In this document: piece by piece, positions 11,735 to 24,049 of the stretch
Layout: each line of letters starts with the position of its first letter
Numbering within the stretch: position 1 is the first letter of the stretch
Source of the DNA: Squalus acanthias
Lineage: Eukaryota
DNA length: 64,000 nucleotides
Direction: 5' to 3'
Assembly (NCBI GenBank): GCA_030390025.1
Contig: CM059452.1
Span: forward strand, 10,106,001 to 10,170,000
Program-made: the position numbers and the translations under genes
Notes under the pieces: generated by a model
What the model was told of the DNA's origin: nothing
The model's database searches: none
The model's input: the letters and a program-made list of their open reading frames with translations, nothing else

Positions 11735-12260
11735 TTTCTCTATTGTGTACATTTCTGGGCACCACACGTTAGGAAGGATGTCAAGGCCCTGGAGAGGGAA
11801 CAGTGGAGGTTTACCAGGATGATACCAGGGATGAGGGACTTCAGTTATGTGGAGAGATTGAAGAAGCCGGGATTGTTCTCCTTAGAGCAGAGAAGGTTAA
11901 GGGGAGACCTAATAGAATTATTCAAATTTATGAGGGGTTTTGACGGAGCAAATAGGGAGAAAGTATTTCCTCTGGCAAGTGGGTTGATAACCAGAAGGAA
12001 TAGATTTAAAATAATTGACAAAAGAACTAGAGGGTAAATGAGGAGACATTTCTTCACAAAGAGGTTTGTTAAGATCTGAAAGGCAATGCCTGAAAGGGTG
12101 GTGGAATCACATTTCATGGGAACTTTCAAAAGGCAATTAGCCATGTACTTGAAGAGGACTAATTTTCAGGGTTATGGAGAAAAAGCTGGGATATGGGACT
12201 AAACAGGCACGACGGGCCGAATGCCCCTTCTGTGCTGTAAGATTCTATGAATCTATGATA
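11735..12260 (+). mobile_element. CR1 3' fragment
   Basis: YCVHFWAPH...GLFSLEQRRLRGDLIE, followed by CR1 3' UTR. Confidence 0.88.
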
Positions 12261-13006
12261 CCCCTTCATGACGTCTGTGGTCAAACTGCTCTTGCTTGCT
12301 GAGCAAGCGACTGGGAAGAAATAGAGTGAGAGCGTAATTAAGGGATTACACCGCATCAGAAATAATGAGTGGCTTTGGTCAGCTATAATCTTGCTCTTTG
12401 ACAGTCAATAGCTGGCAAGCGTGTTTTTATATATGACCAAAAACCCTAAATCTATGATGCCCCTTCCATGCCTGCCTGCAATATTGTGCAGCCCTTTACA
12501 CATCTCCCCTGTCAGTGTCCCGGACCCATTGATCGCGGACTGTACACAGGGTTTATTTGATCAGTGTATGTTGCTGGGTCAGAGACAGATTACACACAAT
12601 GAACAGATTTCACAAGGTAGTGATTGTGCTCTTTAAAACAGGCCCCAAGCACAGAGTTCCCCCAATGACCATCGCCCTTCAGAATGTCTCTTTAATGCTG
12701 GAATGTTTTCTGTCACCATCAACAATCCTCAGCTTCCGGGTTCCAATAACCAGGCAAGAGTTTCATTCCCACCCCCGGTCTCTAAAAGCGGAACCATTTC
12801 ACTATAAGGGCACTAACTGTAGCCCAGCTCGGGATGTTTCCATTCACTGGCAGCCAGCTCACCACCTACCGGTCTCACAGCACCACTGGGGACACCAGGA
12901 AGTGAGGTGAGAGCATCCTGAAACACGACAACAGATTATTGAGGGCAGGGATTAGAACGGGTGTCTTCAAATATCCAACCCCCCTTTTACAGAGCGGACA
13001 GCGACA

Positions 13007-13282
13007 ATGCGGCTACTCAGCATCTGGGCTGTGTGGGGGGCATTTCTGACAGGTAATTGTGGAGCGAAGACATTTCATCTTTTCTCTCATTTCCAAACAT
13101 GGTTTGACTCTGAATTTTAAACACCCGCCGGTCTGATCTTTTCCTGTTTGAACATGTTTTTCAGATCTGAGTCTTGGAGATTCTGTCACTCAGCCGCTGT
13201 CCTCGGGAGTTCAGACAGAAGGAGACGCGGTGACTTTAAACTGTAGCTATGACACTAAATGGAGCACCTTTAATTATTTATA
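13007..13282 (+). pseudogene. V segment V6 (family B), truncated after CDR1
   Basis: Leader 13007-13052; V exon from 13165 (DSVTQPLSSGVQTEGDAVTLNCSYDTKWSTFNYL), then unrelated sequence; no RSS. Confidence 0.85.
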
Positions 13283-13587
13283 AGGGATAAAAGCAAAATG
13301 GATTCAGGAAATAGCACCCAGAACTCACATACTCTTCCCCCCCAGCCATGTCTGTTGACCTCTGAGCAGGTACCGGGTCACACCGTAGCGCTCAACACAC
13401 TGACCAGGAACAAAGGTACATGGGGCCATTCTAAAACACGGAAAGAGAGGCGAGGCCACAGAGTTCGTCTTGGGCAGTAGTGCAGGACTGGCGATAGCAA
13501 ATCGCGCGGAGTGTACAATGGGCTGCCGCCCCCAGAGTGAGGTGAAATGTTCAGAGTGACAGGTCTGATCAGAATCACTCAGTTCAG

Positions 13588-13790
13588 CCTATAGCCCAGA
13601 GCACAATCCCACAGCACCCCGTCCTATAGTCCCGAGCACAATCCCACTACACACCGTCCTATAGCCCTGAGTACAATCCCACTACACCCCGTCCTATAGC
13701 CCAGAGCACAATCCCACTACACCCCGTCCTATAGCCCCGAGCACAATTCCACTACACCTCGTCCTATAGCCCAGGGCACAATCCCACTAC
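13588..13790. repeat. Minisatellite, ~35-bp unit x ~6
   Basis: cctatagcccagagcacaatcccactacaccccgt repeated directly. Confidence 0.9.
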
Positions 13791-14056
13791 AAAACCCTAA
13801 ATCCCTCAATGCCCTCATTCTAAGCTCGATGCTACACAATGCACAAGCAGAAGGCGCCAAACCCAAGAATGTTAATTAGAAAGTCATGTGATGCAAACGC
13901 CAAAGCCAACAGCGATCGAAGCCTGAGTGAGGTCACAATGGGGCCGCCCCCTGCAGTGTTTGGGTGGAACAATGAGCTGAACAGCCCGGGTTACCGCTCT
14001 CCTTCTCAATCTCTGCCTCATTCAATTCCAAGTCACTGTGAGAGATTCAGTCAGAC

Positions 14057-14576
14057 ATGTTTCTAATAATACTGGCGGCTGTGTTGAACAGTAAGTATTG
14101 GATTATATTAAAAACACAGGTTAGCTGGTTGATGCAAAGAGTGTGTGCAGGGATTTAGTACAATTACCGATCAGAAATATCCACATGATGGACAGCTGCG
14201 TACATGGAGGGTTACACACTCCCATACAGATAGACACAAGTTTCGATTTAATCTTCTGCTCTTCTGTTCCCCTATGTTCACAGGCGGACTATGTGTAGAT
14301 CCAGTAACTCAGTCTCCGGTGACAATCGCCGTGTCAACAGGGGGTTCGGTGCAGTTAGATTGCGAATATAAAAGCCCGGATATTGACTACATGCAATGAT
14401 ATCGGCAGAAACCGGCACAGCCTCCAAGCTGGATAATTAGCAAAACAGTAGCACTGAAGGGAGTCGAAATCTCAGTACAATATCTGGCGGCTGCTAACAC
14501 GTCTAGAAAGTACGATTACCTCAATATAAGCAGCCTGAGTGTGGAGGACGGGGTGGTCTATTACTGTGCAGTGAGG
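14057..14576 (+). pseudogene. V segment V7 (family I), conserved Trp mutated to stop
   Basis: Leader 14057-14090; V exon from 14284; TGA 14397-14399 at the W of W-Y-R-Q; frame continues to VVYYCAVR; RSS CACAGCG 14577-14583, 23 bp, ACAAAAACC 14607-14615. Confidence 0.88.
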
Positions 14577-15540
14577 CACAGCGCCAGAAAAAGCAAAGGC
14601 CCCGGTACAAAAACCTCAGCGAGAATTTACAGCTCCATTAAGTATTCTTCTGTGCTGTTATCTGTGGGGTTAATTTGATCCCAAACCCAATGAAACAATA
14701 GACTATCAGGTTTCTATATCAAACAGTTGTATTCGTATCTGTGCCTTTGAACCGCTCTGGGAAATCTGGAGACCTGTCTCCCTGCACCGAGATGTATCTC
14801 CTCATTCATTATCTCGGATCATCCCCGGGGCTACTGGTTGTACCAGAAGAGGAAGGGAAATCTATCGGCGTGGAGTAACTAGTGTTCAGTGTTAGATCTG
14901 TCCTTCCTGAACCGTTAAATCAGGTGGATCATGTGTTAATGAGGCTTCGCCAGTGCAACAAAATACTGAATCTGTCAAAAGTCTGGGAGTAAATATAACC
15001 CATGAAATACATACGTTCCTTTAAACATAGACTCACCGGGCAGCACGACCACTAATATCAGTGAGGAACATGGGGAGCACATGGTGTCTGGTATGGATGG
15101 GAGGCTCCGGCACCAGAACAACATTAACTATTGCCCTTCACTGCTCCCCCCTCACAGACGGACGCTGCTAAAGGGCGAACAATTTCATTCCGTTCTATGA
15201 TCCCCGCTCTGACGCCATGAATTGGCAAACAAAGGAGCTGTGAGCGGATTGGTTGAATTGGAAAACAAAGGAGCTACAAACTGATTGGATGAATTGGAGA
15301 ACAAAGGACCGAGAGCTGATTGGATGTGATCTGCTGACTCTGTCGGGAACGGACCAATCGGCAGAGAGACCGGATATTACTCAACATCTTCCCAATTCTT
15401 GATTACAAGACAATTTTAGCTTCAAACCGTTCAGTTCAAATCCACCACCAACTCTCTGCAGACATGTTGGCTGTTACTTTTTATTTATTCGTCACAGCTG
15501 CAGCTCTCTTAATTGGTAAGTTCACAAGTTACACAGCATT

Positions 15541-18500
15541 AGAACATAGAACATAGAACATAGAACAGTACAGCACAGTACAGGCCCTTCGGCCCTCGAT
15601 GTTGTGCCGAGCATTGTCCGAGACCAAGATCAAGCTATCACACTCCCTATCACTCTGGTGTGCTCCATGTGCTTATCCAATAACCGCTTGAAAGTTCCTA
15701 AAGTGTCCGACTCCACTATCACAGCAGGCAGTCCATTCCACACCCCAACCACTCTCTGAGTAAAGAATCTACCTCGGACATCCCTTCTATATCTCCCCCC
15801 ATGCACCTTATAGTTATGCCCCCTTGTAACAGCTGCCTCTACCCGAGGAAATAGTCTCTGAACATCCACTCTATCTATCCCCCTCATCATCTTATAAACC
15901 TCTATTAAGTCGCCTCTCATCCTCCTCCGCTCTAAAGAGAAAAGCCCCAACTCCCTCAATCTTTCCTCATAAGACCTCCCCCTCAAACCAGGCAGCATCC
16001 TGGTAAATCTCCTTTGCACTCTTTCCAATGCTTCTACGTCCTTCCTATAGTGAGGTGACCAGAACTGCACACAATATTCCAAATGTGGTCTCACCAAGGT
16101 CCTGTACAGTTGCAGCATAACCTCACGGTTCTTAAACTCAAACCCTCTGTTAATAAACGCTAACACACCATAGGCCTTCTTTACTGCTCTATCCACTTGA
16201 GTGGCAACCTTCAGAGATCTGTGGATATGAACCCCCAGATCCCTCTGCTCCTCCACGTTCCTCAGAACCCTGCCGTTGACCCTGTAATCCTTATTCAAAT
16301 TTGCCCTACCAAAATGAATCACCTCGCACTTATCAGGGTTAAATTCCATCTGCCATTTTTCGGCCCAGCTCTGCATCCTATCAATGTCTCTTTGCAGCCT
16401 ACAACTGCCCTCCACCTCATCCACTACTCCACCAATCTTGGTGTCATCAGCAAATTTACTGATCCACCCTTCAGTCCCCTCCTCCAAGTCATTGATAAAA
16501 ATCACAAACAGCAGAGGACCCAGCACCGACCCCTGTGGCACACCGCTGGTAACTGGTCTCCAGTCCGAAAATGTTCCATCCACCACCACCCTCTGCCTTC
16601 TATGAGTTAGCCAGTTACTTATCCAATCGGCCAAATTTCCCTCTATCCCACAACTCCTTACTTTCTTCATGAGACGACCATGGGGAACCTTATCAAACGC
16701 CTTACTAAAATCCATGTATACGACATCAACTGCTCTACCTTCATCTACACACTTAGTTACCTCCTCAAAGAATTCAATCAAATTTGTTAGGCAAGACTTA
16801 CCCTTCACGAATCCGTGTTGACTATCCCTGATTAAGTTGCCCCTTTCCAAATGGTCATAAATCCTATCCCTCAGGACCTTTTCCATTATCTTACCAACCA
16901 CCGAAGTAAGACTAACCGGCCTATAATTACCAGGGTCATTCCTATTTCCTTTCTTGAAGAGAGGAACAACATTCGCCACTCTCCAGTCCTCTGGCACCAT
17001 CCCCGTGGACAGTGAGGACCCAAAGATCAAAGCCAGAGGCTCTGCAATCTCCTCCCTTGCCTCCCAAAGAATCCTAGGATATATCCCATCTGGCCCAGGG
17101 GACTTATCGACCCTCAGGTTCTTCAAAATTGCTAAAACATCTTCCCTCAGAACATCTACCACCTCCAGCCTATCCACCTTTATCACACTCTCATCCTCAA
17201 GAACATGGCCCCTCTCCTCGGTGAACACTGACGAAAAGTATTCAGTCATCACCTCTCCTATCTCTTCTGACTCCATGCACAAGTTCCCACTACTGTCCTT
17301 GACCGGCCCTACCCTCACCCTGGTCATTCTTTTATTTCTCACATAAGAGTAAAAAGCCTTGGGATTTTTCTTGATCCGACCCGCCAAGGACTTCTCATGC
17401 CCCCTCCTAGCTCTCCTAAGCTCTTTTTTTAGCTCATTCCTTGCTACCTTGTACCCCTCAATCGACCCAACTGAACTTTGTTTTCTCATCCTTACATACG
17501 CTTCCTTTTTCCTCTTGACTAGACATTCAACCTCTTTTGTGAACCATGGTTCTCTCACTCGGCCATTTCCTCCCTGCCTGACAGGGACATACCTATCAAG
17601 GACACGCAGTAATTGCTCCATGAAAAAGCTCCACTTTTCGTTTGTGCCTTTCCCTGATAGTTTCTGTTCCCATCTTATACTCCCTAATTCTTGCCTAATC
17701 GCATCATAATTACCCCTCCCCCAATTATAAACCCTGCCCTGCCGTATGGCCCTATCCCTCTCCATTGCAATAGTGAAAGTTACCGAATTGTGGTCACTAT
17801 CTCCAAAGTGCTCTCCCACATACAAATCAAACACTTGGCCCGGTTCATTACCCAGTACCAAATCCAACGTGGCCCCACCTCTTGTCGGCCTATCCACATA
17901 TTGTGTCAGGAAACCCTCCTGCACACACTGTGCAAAAACTATCCCATCCGAACTGTTTGACCTATAAAGGTTCCAATCAATATTTGGAAAGTTGAAGTCA
18001 CCCATGACAACTACTCTGTGACCTCCACACCTATTCATAATCTGCTTTGCAATTTCTTCCTCCACATCTTTATTACTATTTGGGGGCCTGTAGAAAACTC
18101 CTAACAACGTGACCGCTCCTTTCCTATTTCTAACTTCAGCCCATATTACCTCAGACGGCAGATCCCCCTCGAACTGCCTTTCTGCCGCAGTTAAACTATC
18201 CTTGATTAACAATGCTACTCCCCCACCTTTCTTACCAACTTCCCTACTCTTACTGAAACATCTATACCCCGGAACTTCCAACAACCATTCCTGTCCCTGT
18301 TCTAACCATGTCTCCGTAATGGCCACCACATCGTAGTCCCAAGTACCAATCCACGCTCCAAGTTCTCCTACCTTATTCCGGACGCTCCTTGCATTGAAGT
18401 AGACACACTTCAAGCCATCTTCCTGTCTGCCGGTACATTCCTGCGACCTTGATACCCTCCTCAGTACCTCCCTACACTCACCACTGGCTCGTGGACTACA

Positions 18501-18850
18501 GCCCTTTTTCCCATCCCCCTGACAAATTAGTTTAAACCCCCCCGAAGAGCCGTAGCAAATTTCCCTCCCAGGATATTGGTGCCCCTCTGGTTCAGGTGCA
18601 AACCGTCCTGTTTGTACAGGTCCCACCTTCCCCAGAATGTGCTCCAATTATCCACATAACTGAAACCCTCCCCCCTACACCATCCCTGCAGCCACGTGTT
18701 TATCTGCACTCTCTCCCTGTTCCTCAACTCGCTAGCACGTGGCACCGGCAACAAACCAGAAATTATAACATGGTTTGTACTGGCTCTCAGCTTCCAACCT
18801 AGCTCCCTAAATTCCTGTTTTAAATCCCCGTCCCTTCTCCTACCTATGTC
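15541..18850 (-). mobile_element. Young CR1 LINE with open ORF2 (APE endonuclease + RT) and the 3' end of ORF1
   Basis: ORF 15630-18647 with YFNARS, ITETW, GDFNFP, SDH, FSKAFDKVPH, KFADD; ORF1 end with SGNH-like DGLHLN motif (18527-18754); (TTCTATG)n tail. Confidence 0.96.
15630..18647 (-). CDS. CR1 ORF2 endonuclease-reverse transcriptase (true start probably downstream of the called start)
   Basis: 1005-aa uninterrupted frame with EN and RT catalytic motifs. Confidence 0.9.
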   Translation of the reverse strand: MEHILGKVGPVQTGRFAPEPEGHQYPGREICYGSSGGFKLICQGDGKKGCSPRASGECREVLRRVSRSQECTGRQEDGLKCVYFNARSVRNKVGELGAWIGTWDYDVVAITETWLEQGQEWLLEVPGYRCFSKSREVGKKGGGVALLIKDSLTAAERQFEGDLPSEVIWAEVRNRKGAVTLLGVFYRPPNSNKDVEEEIAKQIMNRCGGHRVVVMGDFNFPNIDWNLYRSNSSDGIVFAQCVQEGFLTQYVDRPTRGGATLDLVLGNEPGQVFDLYVGEHFGDSDHNSVTFTIAMERDRAIRQGRVYNWGRGNYDAIRQELGSIRWEQKLSGKGTNEKWSFFMEQLLRVLDRYVPVRQGGNGRVREPWFTKEVECLVKRKKEAYVRMRKQSSVGSIEGYKVARNELKKELRRARRGHEKSLAGRIKKNPKAFYSYVRNKRMTRVRVGPVKDSSGNLCMESEEIGEVMTEYFSSVFTEERGHVLEDESVIKVDRLEVVDVLREDVLAILKNLRVDKSPGPDGIYPRILWEAREEIAEPLALIFGSSLSTGMVPEDWRVANVVPLFKKGNRNDPGNYRPVSLTSVVGKIMEKVLRDRIYDHLERGNLIRDSQHGFVKGKSCLTNLIEFFEEVTKCVDEGRAVDVVYMDFSKAFDKVPHGRLMKKVRSCGIEGNLADWISNWLTHRRQRVVVDGTFSDWRPVTSGVPQGSVLGPLLFVIFINDLEEGTEGWISKFADDTKIGGVVDEVEGSCRLQRDIDRMQSWAEKWQMEFNPDKCEVIHFGRANLNKDYRVNGRVLRNVEEQRDLGVHIHRSLKVATQVDRAVKKAYGVLAFINRGFEFKNREVMLQLYRTLVRPHLEYCVQFWSPHYRKDVEALERVQRRFTRMLPGLRGRSYEERLRELGLFSLERRRMRGDLIEVYKMMRGIDRVDVQRLFPRVEAAVTRGHNYKVHGGRYRRDVRGRFFTQRVVGVWNGLPAVIVESDTLGTFKRLLDKHMEHTRVIGSVIA

Positions 18851-19252
18851 GTAGATTGTGTTTCACATCTGTATCATACATTATATTTAATCGGTCAGTT
18901 CCCTGAACACTTGAATATCAATAGGTTGATCCGAAGTGAAGAAAACTATCTGGATCCCATTTGACTCAACACTGAACACTGTTTGGGGAAACTCGACAAT
19001 CTCCCTCAGTGAATGAAAGCGGATCAGTTGAGGTGAGATTAAAGGCGAATGGCAGACAGACCCATCCGCCCCGCCGGAGCCAATGACGGACATTGACAGA
19101 CACACGAATCTTAAACCCACAGACCGTTTGGAGTTTTCCCTTCACATCACAAGAGGAAGTGATCCCGTTGGAAGGTGCTGAAGGTTCTTTAAAGGAACTT
19201 TTATTCAGTCCATCCAAGCACGTTCCCGTTGCAGCGCCTGAGCTGTGGGGAT

Positions 19253-19684
19253 ATATATTTATGTTTAACTGCCCTGATTTGCTTTTCAGGTAAGTGTTGG
19301 GGGTGACAGGTTGATTCTGGGGGGTAAACACAGTGAAGTGACAGTGCTTAATTTAGTATCGCTCTCGGCTCTTGCAGGATATTGTCGAGGAGATTCCGTT
19401 TCACAGACACCGGCTGCAACCACAGTCAGCGAAGGAGACGCTGTTCAGTTGCACTGTAATTATACAGCTACAAGCACCAGCACTCTTGAACTATTCTGGT
19501 ACCGTCAGGATCCCAGCGGATCCCTAGAGTATCTGCTGAAGAGAAACATATTTAGCGAGAATGGAGGGAGATTTCCAGGGGACCGTTTATCAGCGAAGGT
19601 CGATGATGGGAGTCGAACCGTCCCGCTGAATGTGTCTGAAACACAACTGACAGACTCCGCGGTGTATTACTGCGCACTGAGCCC
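19253..19684 (+). pseudogene. V segment V8 (family J): intact V exon and RSS, leader ATG mutated to ATA
   Basis: Leader 19253-19289 aligns to paralog 33515 (ATG); V exon 19378-19684 open (DSVSQTP...LHC...LFWYRQ...DSAVYYCALSP); RSS CACAGAG 19685-19691, 23 bp, ACAAAAACT 19715-19723. Confidence 0.82.
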
Positions 19685-19919
19685 CACAGAGACACGGATC
19701 TGGGCTGGACCTGTACAAAAACTGTCAGAGCGTCACTCAACTTATCAGGGCGTTCGTGGAACATTGTGATCAGGGCGAGTCTCAGCTGGTCCCTGTATTT
19801 ATGGTTAGACCTTGTACTGTTAATTATTATACGTATTTCCTTTTATTAATCATTAATATATAATAAAATTTACACTGCAGTTTCACGAGTAAAGTAAGAA
19901 ATAAAGAGAATTGCTGGAG

Positions 19920-20314
19920 CGTCTTTCACGACGTCCCCAATTGATTAACAGCCAATGAAATACTTTTGAAGATCAGTCACGGCCCAGCAGCATCACACAA
20001 ACAGTGACGTCATAATGACTAGATAATATGTTTTAGTGATGTTGCTCGAGAGATTAACATTGACCAGGACACCAGGAAAACTCCGCTGCTCTTTTTAGAA
20101 ATATTGGGATCTATTACGTCCTCTTGCGAGGATAGACAGGGCCTCAGGTTAACGACTCGTCTGAAAGACGACAGCTCCGACAGTGCAGCACTCGCTCAGT
20201 ACTGACATCGGGAGGGTGGGCCTAGCATTCTGTGCACAAGTCTCTGGAGTGGGATTTGAACCCACAACCTTCTGACTCAGGCGAGAGTTCTACAAACTGA
20301 GCCACGGCTGATAC
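19920..20314 (-). mobile_element. tRNA-derived SINE
   Basis: Minus-strand head gccgtggctcagtttgtag (A-box-like) ...ggttcaaatcc (B-box); 3' part gggacgtcgtgaaagacgct resembles the L2-type tail. Confidence 0.75.
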
Positions 20315-21280
20315 CTGGTATTTGTAGATTAGACCTTAAACTTTTCATTGTAATTCATATTTAACTTTATTAATAATATGTGCAGGTAGATGAGTGAAAG
20401 GCTTTCCTAGACGTAACCAGGCTGATGACTGACAAACAGATGGACAGCGGCCTGTTTGGGCCTCGGTCGCTTGTTCTCCCTGAGCAGGGGGACCAGTTTG
20501 TATTCGGGTTCCCACAGTGCGGAGACACAGAGAAAGGAATCACTGGACACCGGGAAATGCAGGAGGAAATACATACTGACTGTCTGGAGCCTGTGTACAA
20601 AGGTCACGAGCATCTGGCATCAGTAGAACTGAAAGGAAATGAAAGTCAGTTGCGGGTTGTGAGTTGTTGTTTATTGTGCAGATCAGAAAGGGTTAAATCT
20701 GCGAGCGCAAGCTGTCAATTTCCAAGCTCGAATTCATGTGATTAATGTTTCTGTCGCTGTAAGTGTTGATGTAAAAGGCTCTACATTCACCATCAGCATC
20801 ACCACAATAGGTCTCGCAATAATTGGGCACTGGAAACTGCCCCATAGATAAACTTACTGTCTGTTTTCACCTAGTATCGGAAAAGTGTAAAAATTCCCAT
20901 TGTATCTGCCAGAGGGCGCCGTGATCATATGTTTCTCGCTGCTTCCTCCGCATTCAGTCCCATGTTATTCATGATATGTCGAAAACCATCAACATTTCAA
21001 ACCTGTTTATATTTGTGTTGTGTTCCTGGTGTTCAGTAAAATACCTCCCCTCCCTCTTGTTCTGTCTTGTTTTCACCATCACAATCTCTCTCCACCAAGC
21101 TTATGGATGATTTCCTCATACTACAAATCTTAAAGCAACTGCTAAGTGACATTTTTGGTAATTTTGTAAAGCTACAGTTTGAAAAAAAATACCTTACATA
21201 ATAAAATATGGTGTGGGCGACACACTCAGAGAGACAGGATTGTAACCCGAGTGAGGAGTTTCTCCCTTATCACTAACCTC

Positions 21281-22241
21281 TGTTGGACAGCCTGGAGAGA
21301 TGTATGTTGGACATCTTGGGAAGTTACGGGTTAACAGTCGAACTTCTTTGTATCTTAGATTAACAAGCTTCCAGGCTTTCCAAGATATAAACAGGATATT
21401 TTGAATTGTCGTAAACAGAATGCAGTGATTGTTTTCTGAGATGTAAAGTGCTTGTGTAAGGGAATAAGTGATAGTAATGACGTCACCCATGAGTGGTTTA
21501 GTTTTAGGGTAATAAACATGGTTAGAAGGGAATCATTAACTACAGGAAGCAGTTGGTACAGCTGTTACTTCAAAGATACTAGTAACTGTTAACGTCAGGA
21601 AGTCTCGTGTAGGGGGAGTCGTTCTGTGGTAAACAATTGCAAACTGTTTACATCAATATTCTGTTTTCAAAGGATTTGGAAAATAAGATACGTCATAAAG
21701 GCGTATCTATGACATTTTCCTTTGATGGAGTCAAAAATGGTGTATAAAGGATCATGGTTTTCAACAGTATCTCAGCGTGTACTCGAAAGATACAGAAACC
21801 GAAACAGTCACTCTCTGTATAGAGTTAAAGGCTGGTCACCTTTCTGTGTATCATAGATACATAGATACATAGAATATAGGAGCAGGAGTAGGCCATCCGG
21901 CCCTTCGAGCCTGCTCCGCCATTTAATGAGATCATGGCTGATCCTCCAATTCAGCATCCCGTCCCCGCCTTCTCTCCGTAACCCTTAACCCCTTTTGCCT
22001 GTAGAAATATATCTAATTCCCTCTTAAATATATTTAATGAGCTGGCGTACACTGCCCTCTGTGGCAATGAGTTCCACAGGTTCACCACCCTCTGAGTGAA
22101 GAAATTCCCCCTCATTTCTGTCCTAAATGGTTTAGCCCTTATCCTCAATAAGGTCTGTTCCGTATACTCCACTACGGAGTCTCGTGCTTACTCGAAACGT
22201 GTTGTTGTGAACCAGAGGAGAATGGAGGTTGACTGCTGACA
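21281..22241 (+). mobile_element. Candidate solo LTR interrupted by a CR1 fragment
   Basis: Insertion absent from the paralogous site near 53295; ends TGTTGG...CTGACA; TATAAA near 21744; no clear TSD. Confidence 0.45.
21851..22146 (-). mobile_element. CR1 3' fragment
   Basis: FRTEMRGNFFTQRVVNLWNSLP, 3' UTR and short tandem tail. Confidence 0.9.
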
Positions 22242-23073
22242 GCCACTATTTCCCTCCCCATGTAATTAATTTCCGCGCTTCCTGTTAGTTTCAGGCAGAC
22301 ATTAATCTAACGGGTTCAGAAGATATTTAGGAGAGGGGCTCATATTCCCCTCCGAGCTCTTGCCAACACAGTCGGATGATGGCGGTAAGATATGATCTCG
22401 AAATGACAATATATCGGTTTGAATGTAGATGAAGATGTTCAGTTTATTTCACTCATTCTCAGTAATCAGACTGAGGTGGTTGATGGGGGTCGGGTTTGAT
22501 TAACCTTCTGATGGGGTCACACAAGGGGAAGATTTCCTCTGCTTTCTCTGTGGAATTCTCCTCTGAAAGTTGTTTTAACGAAATCGCAAGCTTATTCTAT
22601 TTTGTCAGAAATAGCGACCAGAGGAAACCTCAACCACAGTTTGGACACCTCGGTGTAAACACGAATGTTACAGGAGAATGAAGTTAATGCTCTCGATGAG
22701 TCGTCACACACCAGCATAAAATAAACACTCAGTGTGACCGATTCGGCCCCGGTGAATATAATCCCACAATTAAGCAATGCTGAAGTTTTCCTCACACCAA
22801 GGAATGCCCTCACTGAGTGACGGCTCCACAGGCCGATAGTTTGTGCTGTGACTGTCAGTATCTCTGATCAAACCCGCTATCAACTGGAAATTATAGAGAC
22901 AACCCTTGCGGTAACACTGCCTGCGGAAACCCCGCCCACAGCTTCCGTTCGCTGCTCTCGCTCTGACCCGCCTTGCCCGCCCTGTGTTTTTGGAGAGATT
23001 GCTGCAGCTGTTACGGGACTGTAAACAGGAGGGAGGTTTTTGTACAGTGACTGCCGCGTTTCCTCTCAGTGTG

Positions 23074-23501
23074 CGGCTGTATCGCACAGTAATACACCGC
23101 GGTATCCACGATCTCCGTGCTCTCAATGACCAATTGGCCGCGTTTGTCCGCAGTGGAAAGATCCAAATCAAATCGGTCCCTTTTCTCTTTGCCAGCCGAT
23201 ATTCGCCTTATTACCCACTCCAGTCCCTGACTGGGTTTCTGTTTGTACCAGTGCATGCCGTCAATGCTGGACATGTCATAGCTGCAGTTTATCTGCACCG
23301 AATCCCCGCTCCGGACTGTTATCGCAGCGGGAGACTGCAGCACTCGGTCCGAGAGACATCGACCTGTAAAAACATTCAGATAATAAAACACCAGAGCAAC
23401 GTGAAAATAAACACTGCGCGTTATTGAGCTCAGCTCCTGTACCTACATGGTAGCAGCACCAGAATAACGAGTGATACATTCACTTGTACCGAGTAATACA
23501 T
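23074..23501 (-). CDS. V segment V9 (family K), apparently intact
   Basis: Leader 23501-23447 (MYYSVQVNVSLVILVLLP, GTAGGT donor); V exon 23363-23074 (DRVLQSP...INCSY...MHWYKQ...DTAVYYCAIQP); RSS CACACTG 23073-23067, 23 bp, ACAAAAACC 23043-23035. Confidence 0.9.
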
Positions 23502-24003
23502 CCTTGTAATTACAATGTCAAGAGGAAAGCGGCAGACAGCTCGCATCAGAAGACTTCGCACCGAGTGATGACATTGAACAGGCGGCTGATTAAAGTCAGC
23601 GCCGCCCAGTTAAAGTCTCAGTCACGTGGGATTGCTACTCTTGGATTGGTTGGAAATGGACATTGTTCACCCGCGGTTCACATCCGGACATGTCAGTGGT
23701 CTAATGACCAGCAAGTTCCTCGCCTCCTTGTGGAGGGAAGTGAGGTGAACCCCATCCCTTTGTGATAGTGACTCTCTAAAGGGCCATTCCTGGCGCTGGG
23801 AGTTTGGAACCAAGTCAAACTCTATATAACCCTTTCCTTACAGAATGTATGGAGGCTCTGGAACTGTACCCCACAAAGGAGTCAACATACCCAGGACAGT
23901 CTGATAAACCCTTTCCTTACAGAATGTATGGGAGCTCTGGAACTGTGCCCCACAGCAGTAACAGCTGATATCCAGCCTTTCTCTTACAGAGCGGACAGCA
24001 GCA

Positions 24004-24049
24004 ATGCAGCTACTCAGCATCTGGATTGTGTGTGAGGCATTTCTGACAG
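24004..24049 (+). pseudogene. Orphan family-B leader exon (no donor, no V exon)
   Basis: MQLLSIWIVCEAFLT aligns to the leaders at 13007 and 39207. Confidence 0.7.

Noticed and set aside
13588-13790. CRISPR-like appearance of tandem repeats (also 29818-30205, 33780-37560)
   Set aside because: Head-to-tail units without unique spacers, no cas genes, vertebrate DNA
16197-18336. Plus-strand ORFs within the CR1 (and 24785-26288)
   Set aside because: Antisense shadows of ORF2
20240-20314. tRNA gene
   Set aside because: A/B boxes belong to a SINE head that continues into a SINE body
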